A stretch of DNA of 64,000 bases from an uncultured Gemmataceae bacterium (GTDB lineage Bacteria; Planctomycetota; Planctomycetia; Gemmatales; Gemmataceae), in the NCBI GenBank assembly GCA_963750165.1, contig CAVVPN010000004.1, positions 832,001 through 896,000 on the forward strand, read 5' to 3'. The notes beneath the pieces were generated by a model, which was not told where the DNA came from, did no database searches, and was given only the letters and a program-made list of their open reading frames with translations. The position numbers and the translations under genes were made by a program. Shown here in pieces: positions 35,547 through 45,980 of this stretch (positions are counted from its first letter, which is position 1; each line of letters starts with the position of its first letter).

Positions 35547-36959
35547 ATGTTGACCATCCCCGGACCACCATCGGGCCCTGATCCCCGGATGTCCCGCCGC
35601 AGCTGGCTGCGCATCGGCGGGCTCGCACTGGGCGGGCTGGCGCTGCCGGACCTCCTGCGGGCACAGGCCCAGAGCGGCGCCAGCAACCCGGCCAGGGGCG
35701 TCATCATGGTGCTGCTGCCCGGTGGGCCGACGCACCTGGACACCTTCGACCTGAAACCGGACGCCCCGGTCGAAATCCGCGGCGAATTCCGGCCCATCGC
35801 CACCAACGTGCCGGGCATGGACCTGTGCGAACACCTGCCGCGCCTGGCGCGCCTGGCGGATAAATTCGCGCTCCTCCGCGCCCTGGTCGGTTTCCGCGAC
35901 GACCACAACACCCACTGGTGTACGACGGGCTGGGAGTCGCACCCGGCGATGGACTCCTCGCCAGCAGTGCCGGGGTTCCCACCGGGAGACTGGCCGTCGC
36001 TGGGAGCGGTGCTGTCGCGCACACTGGGGTCGCGCGTGGCCGGGGTGCCGCCGTGTGTCGATCTGACGCCCGTGGACGCCGACGCCCGCTTCATCCTGCG
36101 CACGCCGCCGGGGCAGCCCGGCTACCTCGGCGTGGCCCACGCCGGCTTTGAAGCACAGGCCGTCGAGCGCCGCAACCTCATGCTCAGCGGCACGGACCTG
36201 GGCCGCCTGGCCGACCGCCGCGCCATGCTCGCCGGCTTCGACGGTTTCCGCCGGCAGGCTGACGCGCTCCGGGTTGCGGACGGCATCGACTCATTTCAGC
36301 GGCAGGCGTTTGAGGTGCTGACTTCGGCGCGGCTGGCGAACGCCCTGGACCTGAGCCGAGAGGACGAGCGCGTCCGCAGTCGCTACGGGCTGGACCGCGC
36401 TTACCCGGATGAGCGCGAGGGCAAGCACTACCTGGACCAGTTCCTGCTGGCGCGACGGCTGATCGAGGCTGGGGCGCGCTGCGTGACGCTGGCGTGTACG
36501 CGCTGGCCATTCGGCCGGGTGCTGCGTGGCGATCACAACTGGGACTGGCACCGCGACCTGTTCGCGGCGGCCCGCGACACGCTGCCGTTTCTCGATTTGG
36601 GGCTGTCGGCGCTGCTGCAGGATCTGGACCAGCGCGGGATGCTGGACGACGTGGCGGTGGTGGTGTGGGGCGAGTTCGGCCGGACGCCGCGCATCAACCG
36701 CAACGGCGGCCGCGATCACTGGTCGCGCGTGTGCAGCGCGCTGGTGGCCGGTGGCGGCATGCGCGGTGGACAGGTGCTCGGCTCGACGACGCGCTGGGGC
36801 GAGGAGCCGCATACCCGGCCCGTCCACTTCCGCGACGTGTTCGCGACGCTCTACCAGTGTCTGGGCATCGACGTGACGACGACGCAGTACACGGACCTCG
36901 CGGGCCGGCCGCAGTACCTCGTCGGCGGCCACCGGCCAGTGCCGGAGTTGCTCGGGTAG
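35547..36959 (+). CDS. DUF1501 family protein (Tat-like signal)
   Basis: SRRSWLR, GGPTHLDTFDLKP, WDWH, GEFGRTP, GRDHW. Confidence 0.93.
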   Translation: MLTIPGPPSGPDPRMSRRSWLRIGGLALGGLALPDLLRAQAQSGASNPARGVIMVLLPGGPTHLDTFDLKPDAPVEIRGEFRPIATNVPGMDLCEHLPRLARLADKFALLRALVGFRDDHNTHWCTTGWESHPAMDSSPAVPGFPPGDWPSLGAVLSRTLGSRVAGVPPCVDLTPVDADARFILRTPPGQPGYLGVAHAGFEAQAVERRNLMLSGTDLGRLADRRAMLAGFDGFRRQADALRVADGIDSFQRQAFEVLTSARLANALDLSREDERVRSRYGLDRAYPDEREGKHYLDQFLLARRLIEAGARCVTLACTRWPFGRVLRGDHNWDWHRDLFAAARDTLPFLDLGLSALLQDLDQRGMLDDVAVVVWGEFGRTPRINRNGGRDHWSRVCSALVAGGGMRGGQVLGSTTRWGEEPHTRPVHFRDVFATLYQCLGIDVTTTQYTDLAGRPQYLVGGHRPVPELLG

Positions 36960-37437
36960 GATGCGCATGCCGTTGTTCAAACACAAATTCCCCCCGGACA
37001 TGTGGCTTTATCGGGGTACTCGAAGAGATACCGCGGGTAGTTGGAAACAATTCGGCGTGCGCTTCTTGCTTTGCGGTTCCGGGGGCGTTACGCTAACCAA
37101 TCAGCGCCGGCCAGCGTAAAACCTGAAAAGCGTTCCTTGATAGGGCGCGCGTGCGCCCTAAACAGGTGGTTCGGCGGCGCGGAGATCCCGATATCGACGC
37201 TTCAGGTGATCGGACCACATGAAGTGCCAGTCTACCAAGGCGCGGCCGCACATCATATTCGCGCCCAAGAAGGATATGCGTTTTTCACGAATCACCCTGC
37301 TATTACCCCGGCACGAAAGAAGGTCCTACAGGCCCGAAGTACCAGTAGCCGAATCTCATCTTTGGCTCATCGTGCTTATGAGGATCTTTTCTGAATAAGA
37401 CAGCCAACGGCCACAGGGAGAACGGAACCCTTCCCAC

Positions 37438-38184
37438 TCACACCGGCACCGCCGGCGCCGGCAGTTCGTCGGTGTTCACCTCTTTCAGCCCCACCTGGCC
37501 GTCCTGCACGGTCAGGTAATGGCAATGGTGATCCGTCCAGCACCCCGAATTGAAGTACGCCGGCTCGCCCGGGGCGGCCTCGTGATGGTGGGTGTGGCCG
37601 CAGACGATCACGTCCGCGCGCTGGCTGCGGGCGTACTCGAGCGCCTGCAGCCGGACGCGCTCGGCGCAGCGCAGAAAGGTCTTGCTACTCCGCTTGGCGT
37701 TGACCGCCAGCCGCCGGCTCAGGCGCTGGATGCGCAGGTAGAACCAGTCGGCGACGTTGGTGAGGAACGGGTGCTGAGTCATGAACCGGTCCCAGGCGTC
37801 GCCGTGAACGCAGATCACACGCTTGCCGCCCGACTCGAACTGATACTCGGGCACGAAGTTGGCCCCGAGCAGGTGGGCGACGGAATCCGCGTCGCAGTCG
37901 TGGTTGCCGCGCACCCACACCAGTTCCAGCTGGTCGGAGAGCTTGCGCAGCCGCGACAGCACGCGCCAGTGCTGCTTGGTCAGGCGGTTTTCGGTGTTCT
38001 CCAGGATGTCGCCATTGAGCACCAGGCGGCGCGTCGGGGGCAGTTCGTCAAGGAAGTGCTGCACCGGCCGCACCTGGCACGCGGCGGAGCCGAGATGGAT
38101 GTCGGACAGCAGGACGGCGTCCAGCAAGGTCACCTCCTCGGTGGGGGGGCGAAGTGGTGGAGGCCCCGTGGGTTGGGCCGCCAT
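37438..38184 (-). CDS. LpxH-like calcineurin-family metallophosphoesterase
   Basis: SDIHLG, LNGDI, GNHD, HGD, CGHTH, NSGCW. Confidence 0.88.
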   Translation of the reverse strand: MAAQPTGPPPLRPPTEEVTLLDAVLLSDIHLGSAACQVRPVQHFLDELPPTRRLVLNGDILENTENRLTKQHWRVLSRLRKLSDQLELVWVRGNHDCDADSVAHLLGANFVPEYQFESGGKRVICVHGDAWDRFMTQHPFLTNVADWFYLRIQRLSRRLAVNAKRSSKTFLRCAERVRLQALEYARSQRADVIVCGHTHHHEAAPGEPAYFNSGCWTDHHCHYLTVQDGQVGLKEVNTDELPAPAVPV

Positions 38185-38479
38185 GGTAGGAGCCTTGATA
38201 GTTAAATTATAACTTGGCTGCCGGTGCGCCACGTGAAGGTTTGACGAACTCCACCGCCCGCCGCTTGAACCCGGGCCGCACCAACATAACAATAGATATT
38301 CACGGCAAAGATCGCCCCAAGGCTGGCCGCCCGGCCAGGTTGAAATGCGTTCTCCCACGCCGAGCGCCGCGAGCAATGCCGGATGAGAGCGGCAGCGCGA
38401 TGCGTGAAGACGCCGAGAAATCATTGCGAAATCGACCTTCATCTGTCCGCCCTCATCTTTCCGGGTCGTCAGGAGGCCC

Positions 38480-39970
38480 ATGCAGTACGACTGCGACGTG
38501 ATCGTGATCGGCGGCGGTGCCGGGGGCGCGACCTTCGCCCACGCCTGCGCCCGGGCCGGCAAAAGCGTACTGCTGCTGGAGCGGGGTCGCCGGTACGTCC
38601 CGGAGCGGCCGGGGCACGACGAGCGGGCGATGCTGATTGAGAAGCGCCCCTATGACGACCGCGCGGTCACGGTCAACGGCGAAGCGCGGCGGCTGTACAT
38701 GGGCGGCGTGCTCGGCGGCGGCACGGCCCTGTACGGGGCGGCGCTGCTGCGGCCGAGCCCGGAGGATTTTCACCCCGGCCGGTTTTACGGCGACCGCATC
38801 CCACGAGCCATCTGGGACTGGCCGATCACCTACGCCGACCTGGAACCCCATTACGCCGAGGCCGAGCGGCTCTACGGCGTCGCCGGCGCGGACGAGGATT
38901 TTGGGCCGCTGCCGCGGCCGGCCCGCTACCCCAGGGCCCCGCTGCCGCTGCATCCGGTCAATCAGCGGCTGATGGCCGCCAACCGCGCCCGTGGGCTGCG
39001 GCCATTCCGTCTCCCCCTGGCCATCGACCCGGACCTCTGCCTGCGCTGCGGGGCCTGCGCCGGCCACATTTGCCCGACCGGCGCCCGTAGTTCCGCCGCG
39101 CAGCTGCTGGACCGGGCCGCGGCCGACGGCCTCCCGCTGCGCGTCCAGACGAACATTGAGGCGGAGCAGCTGGTGCTGGATGGCGCCGGTACGGTTACGG
39201 GCGTCGCCCTGCACGACCGCGGCACCGGCCAGCGTTCTGTCTGCCGCGCCCGGCGGTATGTGCTCGCCGCGGGCGCCCTGTCGTCGCCCCTGCTGCTGCT
39301 GCGGTCGGGGATCGACGGGCCGCTGGTGGGTCGGCATTACATGATGCACCTGTCACCCGTCGTCGTCGGCATCGGTTCGAGGCGCAATGGGGCGGATGAG
39401 GCCTTTGTCAAACAGGTCGGTTTTGCGGATTATTACTTCGGCGCCGACGGCTACGCCCACAAACTGGGGCTCGTGCAGTCGCTGCCGGTCCCTGGTCCGC
39501 TGCTGACGGCGAAGATGTCGCGACTGGTGCCGCGGCCGATCCTGCGTCTGTTGCGGCAGCGCATGTTACCGCTGGCCGGCATCGTCGAGGATCTGCCGGA
39601 CCCGGCCAACCGCGTCACCTGGGGCGCTGACGGGCAGCTGTCCCTGCACCACCGATTCAGCGCCTACGACGCGGACCGCGGCCGCTACCTGGGCCGGTTG
39701 ATGGGACGCATCCTCAAGGAAGCCGGGGCGCTGTTCTGTCTGACCAAACAGTTCGCCTCGGACGAGCACGTCGCCCATCAGTGCGGCACGCTGCGGTTCG
39801 GCACGGCGCCGGACCATGCGGTGCTCGGCCCGGACTGCCGGCTGTTTGGGCAGCCGAATGTGTTCGTGGTCGATGGCAGTTTTTTCCCGACATCGCTCGG
39901 CGTTGGCCCGGCGCTGACCATCATGGCCAACGCCCTGCGCGTCGCAGGTATCGTGACCGGAGAACTGTGA
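38480..39970 (+). CDS. GMC family FAD oxidoreductase
   Basis: GGGAGG, LGGGT, CLRCGAC..CP, HQCGTLRFG, P.LTIMANA. Confidence 0.92.
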   Translation: MQYDCDVIVIGGGAGGATFAHACARAGKSVLLLERGRRYVPERPGHDERAMLIEKRPYDDRAVTVNGEARRLYMGGVLGGGTALYGAALLRPSPEDFHPGRFYGDRIPRAIWDWPITYADLEPHYAEAERLYGVAGADEDFGPLPRPARYPRAPLPLHPVNQRLMAANRARGLRPFRLPLAIDPDLCLRCGACAGHICPTGARSSAAQLLDRAAADGLPLRVQTNIEAEQLVLDGAGTVTGVALHDRGTGQRSVCRARRYVLAAGALSSPLLLLRSGIDGPLVGRHYMMHLSPVVVGIGSRRNGADEAFVKQVGFADYYFGADGYAHKLGLVQSLPVPGPLLTAKMSRLVPRPILRLLRQRMLPLAGIVEDLPDPANRVTWGADGQLSLHHRFSAYDADRGRYLGRLMGRILKEAGALFCLTKQFASDEHVAHQCGTLRFGTAPDHAVLGPDCRLFGQPNVFVVDGSFFPTSLGVGPALTIMANALRVAGIVTGEL

Positions 39971-39971
39971 T

Positions 39972-40039
39972 TTCGTGGGGCAGACATTCCTGTCTGCCAT
40001 TTTTTGAAGGTTGGCAGACAGGAATGTCTGCCCCACGAA
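39972..40039. repeat. REP-like palindrome (GGGGCAGACATTCCTGTCTGCC family)
   Basis: Inverted repeat; second copy at 63876-63934. Confidence 0.85.
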
Positions 40040-40055
40040 GGCAATAAACGCACCC

Positions 40056-40934
40056 ATGAAGGATCCCAGAGCCATCCGATCCGAGCAGTTCCGTCAGGCC
40101 CGGCGCCTCAGCGGCGGCCTGCTCAACCTGTCCCTCGCGGTCCTCGGCGTCCGCCTGGCCCGGCTGCCCATCCCATCGCGGCGGCTGCGGCAGTGGTTCT
40201 ACCGCGGCCTGTTTTCCCGGCGCTATCCGCCCGGCCTGGACGAGACGGAGGCGGAAAAGCCGCTGTGGGCGTACCCCTCGCTCAACGCGCTGTTCACCCG
40301 TGGCATCAAGCCGGAAAAGCGGCCCACCCCGGCCGGGACACCGCAGTTCCTCTGCCCCTGCGACGGCACCGTGCAGGACGTGGGTCGGGTGGAGGGCGGC
40401 AAGATTCTGACGCTCAAGGGCATCCCATACACGCTCGACTCACTGTTGCCGCGCACCGATCCACGGCCGTTCGAGGGCGGCCAGTTCCTGATCGTCTTCC
40501 TGTCGCCGATCCACTGCCACCGCGTCTTCAGCCCACAGGATGGCCAGCTGGAACAGGCCGTTCATGTGCCCGGCTATCGGCTGCTGGTCCATCCGCCTTA
40601 CCAGCGCGCGGAGTTCCCGGTGTACACGCTGAACGAGCGCATGGTCCTGCGCTTCTCGACGCCCCTGGGGCCCTGTATGGTGGTCATGGTGGCGGGCTGG
40701 GGCGTCGGCAACATCACGCTGCCGCTCGACCCGGTGTTTCGACCGCGGCCGCGGGCGCTGGCGTCGCGCATCTGGTCGCCGCCGCTGGCCGTCCGCCGCG
40801 GTCAGTGGGTCGCGACGTTCGAGCTGGGCTCGACGGTGGTGCTGCTCACGCCGCCCGCGGCGAATGTGCGGTGCCTGATTTCCCCCAATGAGGAGGTCAA
40901 GTATGGGCAGCCCGTCCTCACCTACGCTGGCTGA
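40056..40934 (+). CDS. psd: Phosphatidylserine decarboxylase-like proenzyme
   Basis: LN.LFTR, PCDG, KG.PYTL, NER, self-cleavage motif FELGST. Confidence 0.88.
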   Translation: MKDPRAIRSEQFRQARRLSGGLLNLSLAVLGVRLARLPIPSRRLRQWFYRGLFSRRYPPGLDETEAEKPLWAYPSLNALFTRGIKPEKRPTPAGTPQFLCPCDGTVQDVGRVEGGKILTLKGIPYTLDSLLPRTDPRPFEGGQFLIVFLSPIHCHRVFSPQDGQLEQAVHVPGYRLLVHPPYQRAEFPVYTLNERMVLRFSTPLGPCMVVMVAGWGVGNITLPLDPVFRPRPRALASRIWSPPLAVRRGQWVATFELGSTVVLLTPPAANVRCLISPNEEVKYGQPVLTYAG

Positions 40935-42674
40935 GCCGCCGGCGCCGGTTGTGCCTCCGCGCCTCGGCGTGCTGGTGGTGGGCTTCGGTGACGCGGTTGC
41001 CGCCGATTACGCCGACCACGTCCGCCGCCAGGATGGTCGTGTGCGGGTCGCTGATCTTTCGGACCCGTCGGCGGCTCCCCTCGGGGGCGGGCAAACCCGG
41101 GATGTCGTCCTGTTCCTCAAGCCACGGCTAACCGAGCGCGACCGCCAGGCCCTGAGCGACCTTTTCCGCAGCGCCGGCGAGTGGGGGACGGAATTCGTCG
41201 GTGTCGTGAGCACGTTCCGCGTCCATCTCGGAGACGCGGCGGCGGCCGAAACGGAGGCTCATGTTCTCAAGTTGGCGGAGCAACTGCCCGCCCGCACCGT
41301 CGTATTCCGCCCTGGCCACGTGCTGAGCCGCCGATCCCGAGCCAGCGTCTTCCTGCGGCGCTTCGGCTTTCTCTATCCGCTGATGCCGCGCCGCCCGCGC
41401 AGTTGCTGCGTGGATGGCGGCGAGTTGTTCGTGGCCATTGAAACCGAACGGCAGCGGGATGCCGCGCGCGGCCACGGACGTGTACCCTCCTCGGCCCAAA
41501 TCGACCCTGGCGCGACCTGATGGTCCAGCACCGGGCGACCGGCCCCATGCGTGCCTGCCTGACCGCCGTCAGCGCCCTGCTGTCGCTGCTGTTCGTCGGC
41601 CACGTCGCCGCCTTCGCCCTGGCGCTGCTGGCCCGGCGGCGGCCGGCGCTGCAACGCTGGCACCTCGACACGCTGCGGCCGCACTCCCTTGAGGAATTGC
41701 TCGCCCTGGTCAACCCGTACAACTACCGCCATGTGAAGGTGGTCGGCTACAACAACGGCGTCGTCCACTTCGGCCACCGCTACCCGGGCCGCACCATCGT
41801 TTCCACCGTCCATTGCAACCGCGTCGGCCGCGCCGGGGCGGACCTCCTTGAGGCCGATTGTGGAGCCACGATCCGCAACGCCCGCGACTTCCTGTCCGGC
41901 ACCGATCAGGAATTGCCCGTTGTGCCGAACTACTCCTACGTCTGCCTGGGCACTGCGTTCTTCGTGCCGATCCACGGTTCCGCGTCCGACTTCTCCACCG
42001 TTGCCGACACCATCACGCGCGTCCAGTTGTATGACCCCGTGCGCGACCGCGTCCTCACTGCCAACCGCGACGAGCCAGACTTCCGCGAATACGTCTTCAA
42101 CCTGCAAGCCGACGTGCTGCTGCTGCGACTCGAATTGCGCGTCAAACCGCGGGCGCGCTACTTCGTCCGCCGCGAGACGCTGAAGAACCCCGGCAGCGCG
42201 GAACTCCTCGACATTCTGAGCGACGTGCGCTCGGCGAACGTCGAGCTACGCAAGGCGAATGCCGCCGCCGACACCGTGACCGTGTCGCGCTACGACAACG
42301 ACCCCGGCGACAGCGCAGCCCCCGCGCTGGAACTGCCGCGCGACGCCCTCGGCCGGCTGTGGGACCGTCTGGAAGAAAACGCGATCACGTCGTTCCTGAT
42401 GCACGCCCTGACACGCCACTTCGCCTATCACGTTGAGCTGTTCTTCACGGCGGACGAGTTCGCGGTCTTCTGGCGCGACCACCGGGCGCTGCCGCTGCGC
42501 AAACTGCAACTCCGCTACATCCGCCGCGACGGCATGCCGCACTCGCCGTTCCGCGACCACGACCGCGTGTCGGTGGACCTGTTCATGCTCCGCCGCCACC
42601 GTGTCCGCTTTGAGTCGTACTGTCGCCGCAACCTCCCCGCCGTCCGCAGCAACCCCGGCAAGCACAGCAGGTGA
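40903..42674 (+). CDS. Degenerate Rossmann/SDR-like domain fused to FAD-binding oxidase domain (frameshift near 41480)
   Basis: E.......FRPG.VL in first frame; P.SLEEL..VKVVG, CGAT, PNYSYV.LG..IHGS (PCMH-type FAD binding) in second frame. Confidence 0.65.
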
Positions 42675-44809
42675 ACCGCATGGCCTCGTGTCCCCCTCTC
42701 ACCGAGACGTTCGCGCAAATGCTGCGGCAGCAGACGCCGAACTTCCTGCGGCTCTACCTCAACCCGTATGTGGCGCAGGCGTGCTATTGCCTGACCGAGT
42801 CCGTGCGCTACACCTTCAGCACCACCGGCGAATACCAGACCTTTCTGGCGAACTGCTTCGACGAGGCGCTGAGCGGCGCCATCAAGCTCGCCCGCTACGC
42901 CGCCAGCGTCGCCGGCCGGCCGACCGCCGGCCTCATCCTCGACCCGCACGACTGCCTCGGCCCCTACGCCAGTGCCCGGGCGGGCAACGGCCGGGTCGAA
43001 TTCCTGCCGGGCCTCACGGTCATCGGCAAGGGCGCGGCCCCCGAGACGGCCCTGGCGTCGCGCGGCCCGTTCGGCCTGGTTGTGCTGGTGGCCAGCGGCG
43101 GCCCGGTGTCCGTGGCGCCGCTGGAGACGCTCCGCGAACTGGTCCGCCGCGACGCCCCGCTGCTCATCACCTGCCTGGACCGTTTCAACTTGACGGTGCT
43201 GCGCGCCACCGTCGGGATGATGCGCGGCCTGACGCCCGACATCACCATCTTCGACGAATCCTTCACGGACCACGCCGTCCCCTTCGCCGCGTTCACCGCC
43301 CGCAAGGAGCTGTACGACCACTGGAACCGGCCCGGCAAAACCACCTTCCACTCGACCACGTTCCAGCCGAACACCATCGCGAGCCTGCACTTTTTGCGCT
43401 GCCTCGCCGAGTCGGACGCGGAGTTCTACGCCCAGTGGCGGCCGGAGCTGGAGAAGATGCAATCCGACCTGCGCGTCTGCGGCGACTACTTCCGCCGGTT
43501 GTACAGCCCGTCGCTGTATCGCCTCATCCGCGCCACCGGCTTCGCCACGGACGACATCCGCGCCGCCGGCGACTTCGTCCACGTCAACGGCCAGCCGATC
43601 CTCGATACCGTGAGCGGCGTGGCGTGCAGCGTCCGCGGCCACAACCCGCCCGGCTACGCCGCCGAGGTCGAGGCGCTGGCCGGCGTGGACTGCGAGGCCG
43701 AGGTCACGGCCCGGCTGCAGGCGCTGACGGGCCTGGACTGCGTGCTGCCGGCGGTCAGCGGCGCCACCGCGGTCGAGAACGCGCTGAAGCTGGCGCTCGT
43801 CGCCCAGTACCCGCGGCGGCACGTGCTGGCTCTGCAGTCCGGCTTCGGCGGCAAGACGCTACTGGCGCTGACCGGCACCGCGAACCCGTCGTACAAGGAG
43901 CGCATCGAGCCGCTGTACGCGGACGTGCATTACGTGGACCCCTTCGCCGCGGACGCCGAGTCCCAGATTGACGCGGTGCTGAACCAACACGCCGTCGCGG
44001 TGGTGCAGCTGGAACTCATCCAGGCGGTTGGCGGCGTGCGTCGCGTGCCGGAGCGCGTGGTCCGCCACCTGGAGGCGCGGCGGCGGCAAGCGGGCTATCT
44101 GCTGCTCGTGGACGAGGTGCAGACCGGCATGTACCGCACCGGCCCGTTCACCCTGTCCGGGGCGCTGGGCCTGGCGCCGGACCTGCTGCTGCTGGGCAAG
44201 GGCACATCGGACATGATGTTCCCGTTCGCGCTGCTACAATACTCGGCCGCGGTGCGCGAACGGCTCGAACGAGCTGGCTCCGACCTGGCCGCCGTGCTCC
44301 GCCAGCGCTACGGCTACGAGTACGGCTACCGCACGGTGCTCAACGTGCTGCGCTTCGCGGAAGCATGCTCGCTGGCCGCACGGGTCACGGCGTCGGGCGA
44401 GCTGTTCGCCCGGCTGCTGAGCGAGCAGCTGGCCGGCTGCCCGGCGGTGCGTGAGGTGCGGGCGTTCGGTCTGCTGATCGGCATCGAACTGGACGACGCC
44501 CGCTGGCCGCGGCGCTGGTTCCGCAAGCGCCTGGCGACGCTGTATCTGTTCAGCATGTTGCGCCACCACCACTATCCGGTGCTGGCGGGCTTCTGCCAGT
44601 ACGAGCCGAACGTGTTGAAGATCACGCCGGCCCTGACGGTGGCCGAGGGCGAGCTGCGTGCGCTGTGCGCGACGCTCGCGGAGGTGTTGAAGAGCCCCTT
44701 TACCCGGGTGTTGACGGCGGCGCTGGGCGGCCTGCTGTGGCCGTCCGGCGTCAGGAGACCGAAGCATGAGCACGCTAACGACCGAGCCGATGACGCTGTG
44801 GCGCGTTGA
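42671..44809 (+). CDS. Class III PLP aminotransferase with duplicated architecture
   Basis: SGATAVENALKLA, DEVQTGMYRTG, PDLLLLGKG; GTGA overlap with upstream gene. Confidence 0.88.
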   Translation: MNRMASCPPLTETFAQMLRQQTPNFLRLYLNPYVAQACYCLTESVRYTFSTTGEYQTFLANCFDEALSGAIKLARYAASVAGRPTAGLILDPHDCLGPYASARAGNGRVEFLPGLTVIGKGAAPETALASRGPFGLVVLVASGGPVSVAPLETLRELVRRDAPLLITCLDRFNLTVLRATVGMMRGLTPDITIFDESFTDHAVPFAAFTARKELYDHWNRPGKTTFHSTTFQPNTIASLHFLRCLAESDAEFYAQWRPELEKMQSDLRVCGDYFRRLYSPSLYRLIRATGFATDDIRAAGDFVHVNGQPILDTVSGVACSVRGHNPPGYAAEVEALAGVDCEAEVTARLQALTGLDCVLPAVSGATAVENALKLALVAQYPRRHVLALQSGFGGKTLLALTGTANPSYKERIEPLYADVHYVDPFAADAESQIDAVLNQHAVAVVQLELIQAVGGVRRVPERVVRHLEARRRQAGYLLLVDEVQTGMYRTGPFTLSGALGLAPDLLLLGKGTSDMMFPFALLQYSAAVRERLERAGSDLAAVLRQRYGYEYGYRTVLNVLRFAEACSLAARVTASGELFARLLSEQLAGCPAVREVRAFGLLIGIELDDARWPRRWFRKRLATLYLFSMLRHHHYPVLAGFCQYEPNVLKITPALTVAEGELRALCATLAEVLKSPFTRVLTAALGGLLWPSGVRRPKHEHANDRADDAVAR

Positions 44810-45272
44810 CTTCACGGGACTGTACGGACGACACCTGTGCCGGCACTCGCAGTTCGGCATCAACCTGACGCACCTGCTGGCGCTGGCCGGTGTCTGGTTC
44901 GGGGTGTACGCCCTGCTGTATCACGCGACGCAGTTGGTGTGGCTGCCGTGGGCGCTGGCAGGAGCGTACCTCGCCGTGGTGGCGCTCAACGCGCCGCTGC
45001 GCGTCTGCCTGGCGACCGCGGCGTTCCTGGGCGTATTCCTCGCGGCGGTGTTCTGGGTGCCGGAAATGCCGTGGTGGCTGTACCTGGTGATGATCCCGGT
45101 GTTTTACGAACTGCAGGCGCTGGGCCACAAGGTCTGGACGGTGGCGGAGGACATGACGGAGTACAACAAGCTCTTCCCCAAGGGGCCGGTGCTGTCCGTG
45201 GTGCTGCTGTTCCAGGAGGTGCCGCTGACGTTGAACTACCTGCTGTTCGACTGCAAGCGCTGGCGGGCGTAA
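44766..45272 (+). CDS. Mpo1/DUF962-like membrane protein
   Basis: RHSQFGINLTH and LQALGH motifs; about four TM segments. Confidence 0.6.
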   Translation: MSTLTTEPMTLWRVDFTGLYGRHLCRHSQFGINLTHLLALAGVWFGVYALLYHATQLVWLPWALAGAYLAVVALNAPLRVCLATAAFLGVFLAAVFWVPEMPWWLYLVMIPVFYELQALGHKVWTVAEDMTEYNKLFPKGPVLSVVLLFQEVPLTLNYLLFDCKRWRA

Positions 45273-45491
45273 TGGGCTCCTGTTCCTCTCGACCGAGATC
45301 AGTAAGCCGCGCGTGTCAGCCAGCCCAGCAACAGCAGCGCGGGCACAAGGCGTCGCAATGCTATCATGGGACGCGGCAACCGCAAATAACCCCGGGGTCA
45401 GGAGACGGCCGGCGTTCGCCAGTCGCCTCCCAACCCCGGATCATTCCCCCGACCCGGCCGTGCGAACTGCGGCCAAATGCGGCGGTCGCGG

Positions 45492-45980
45492 TTACTCGTA
45501 GGTCTGCAGATACCACTCCAGAAGCCCGCGGGCGGTTGGGCTGTACTGTCTCAACGATCCCGGCGGCTCCCCAAGCAGGGCCTCCAGGCCAGCCCGCAAG
45601 AGGTAGACGGCGCCTTCAGCAACAGTGCCGGGGCCATAGGTGGTGTTGTGGGTGCCGTTGCTGGTGAACTGCAGCGCGCCGTCCCGGGAGAATTGAAAGT
45701 TCATCGTCGCCCAGTACGTTTGTTGCTGCCACTCGAAATGGAACTTGTACGTCAGACGGAACGAGCCGTCGGCGAACGTCTGGAGGGTGCCGTTGGTGTC
45801 GAGCGACCGGAAAGTGGACCCCGGATACATGTACAGGGCGACGGCGCGGCTGTGCTTGACGACCAGGCGCTGACCGCGCTCCACCTGCGCGGACGCCGTC
45901 CCCGCCAGCACCAGCGCCAGCACCAGTGCGAAGGCATACGGCAGCGCCTTCGCCAACAGACTCCTGCTCTGCGAGTTCAT
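45492..45980 (-). CDS. Secreted hypothetical protein
   Basis: Signal peptide ending ASA-Q, GAGGA RBS, divergent from ECF sigma gene. Confidence 0.7.
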   Translation of the reverse strand: MNSQSRSLLAKALPYAFALVLALVLAGTASAQVERGQRLVVKHSRAVALYMYPGSTFRSLDTNGTLQTFADGSFRLTYKFHFEWQQQTYWATMNFQFSRDGALQFTSNGTHNTTYGPGTVAEGAVYLLRAGLEALLGEPPGSLRQYSPTARGLLEWYLQTYE

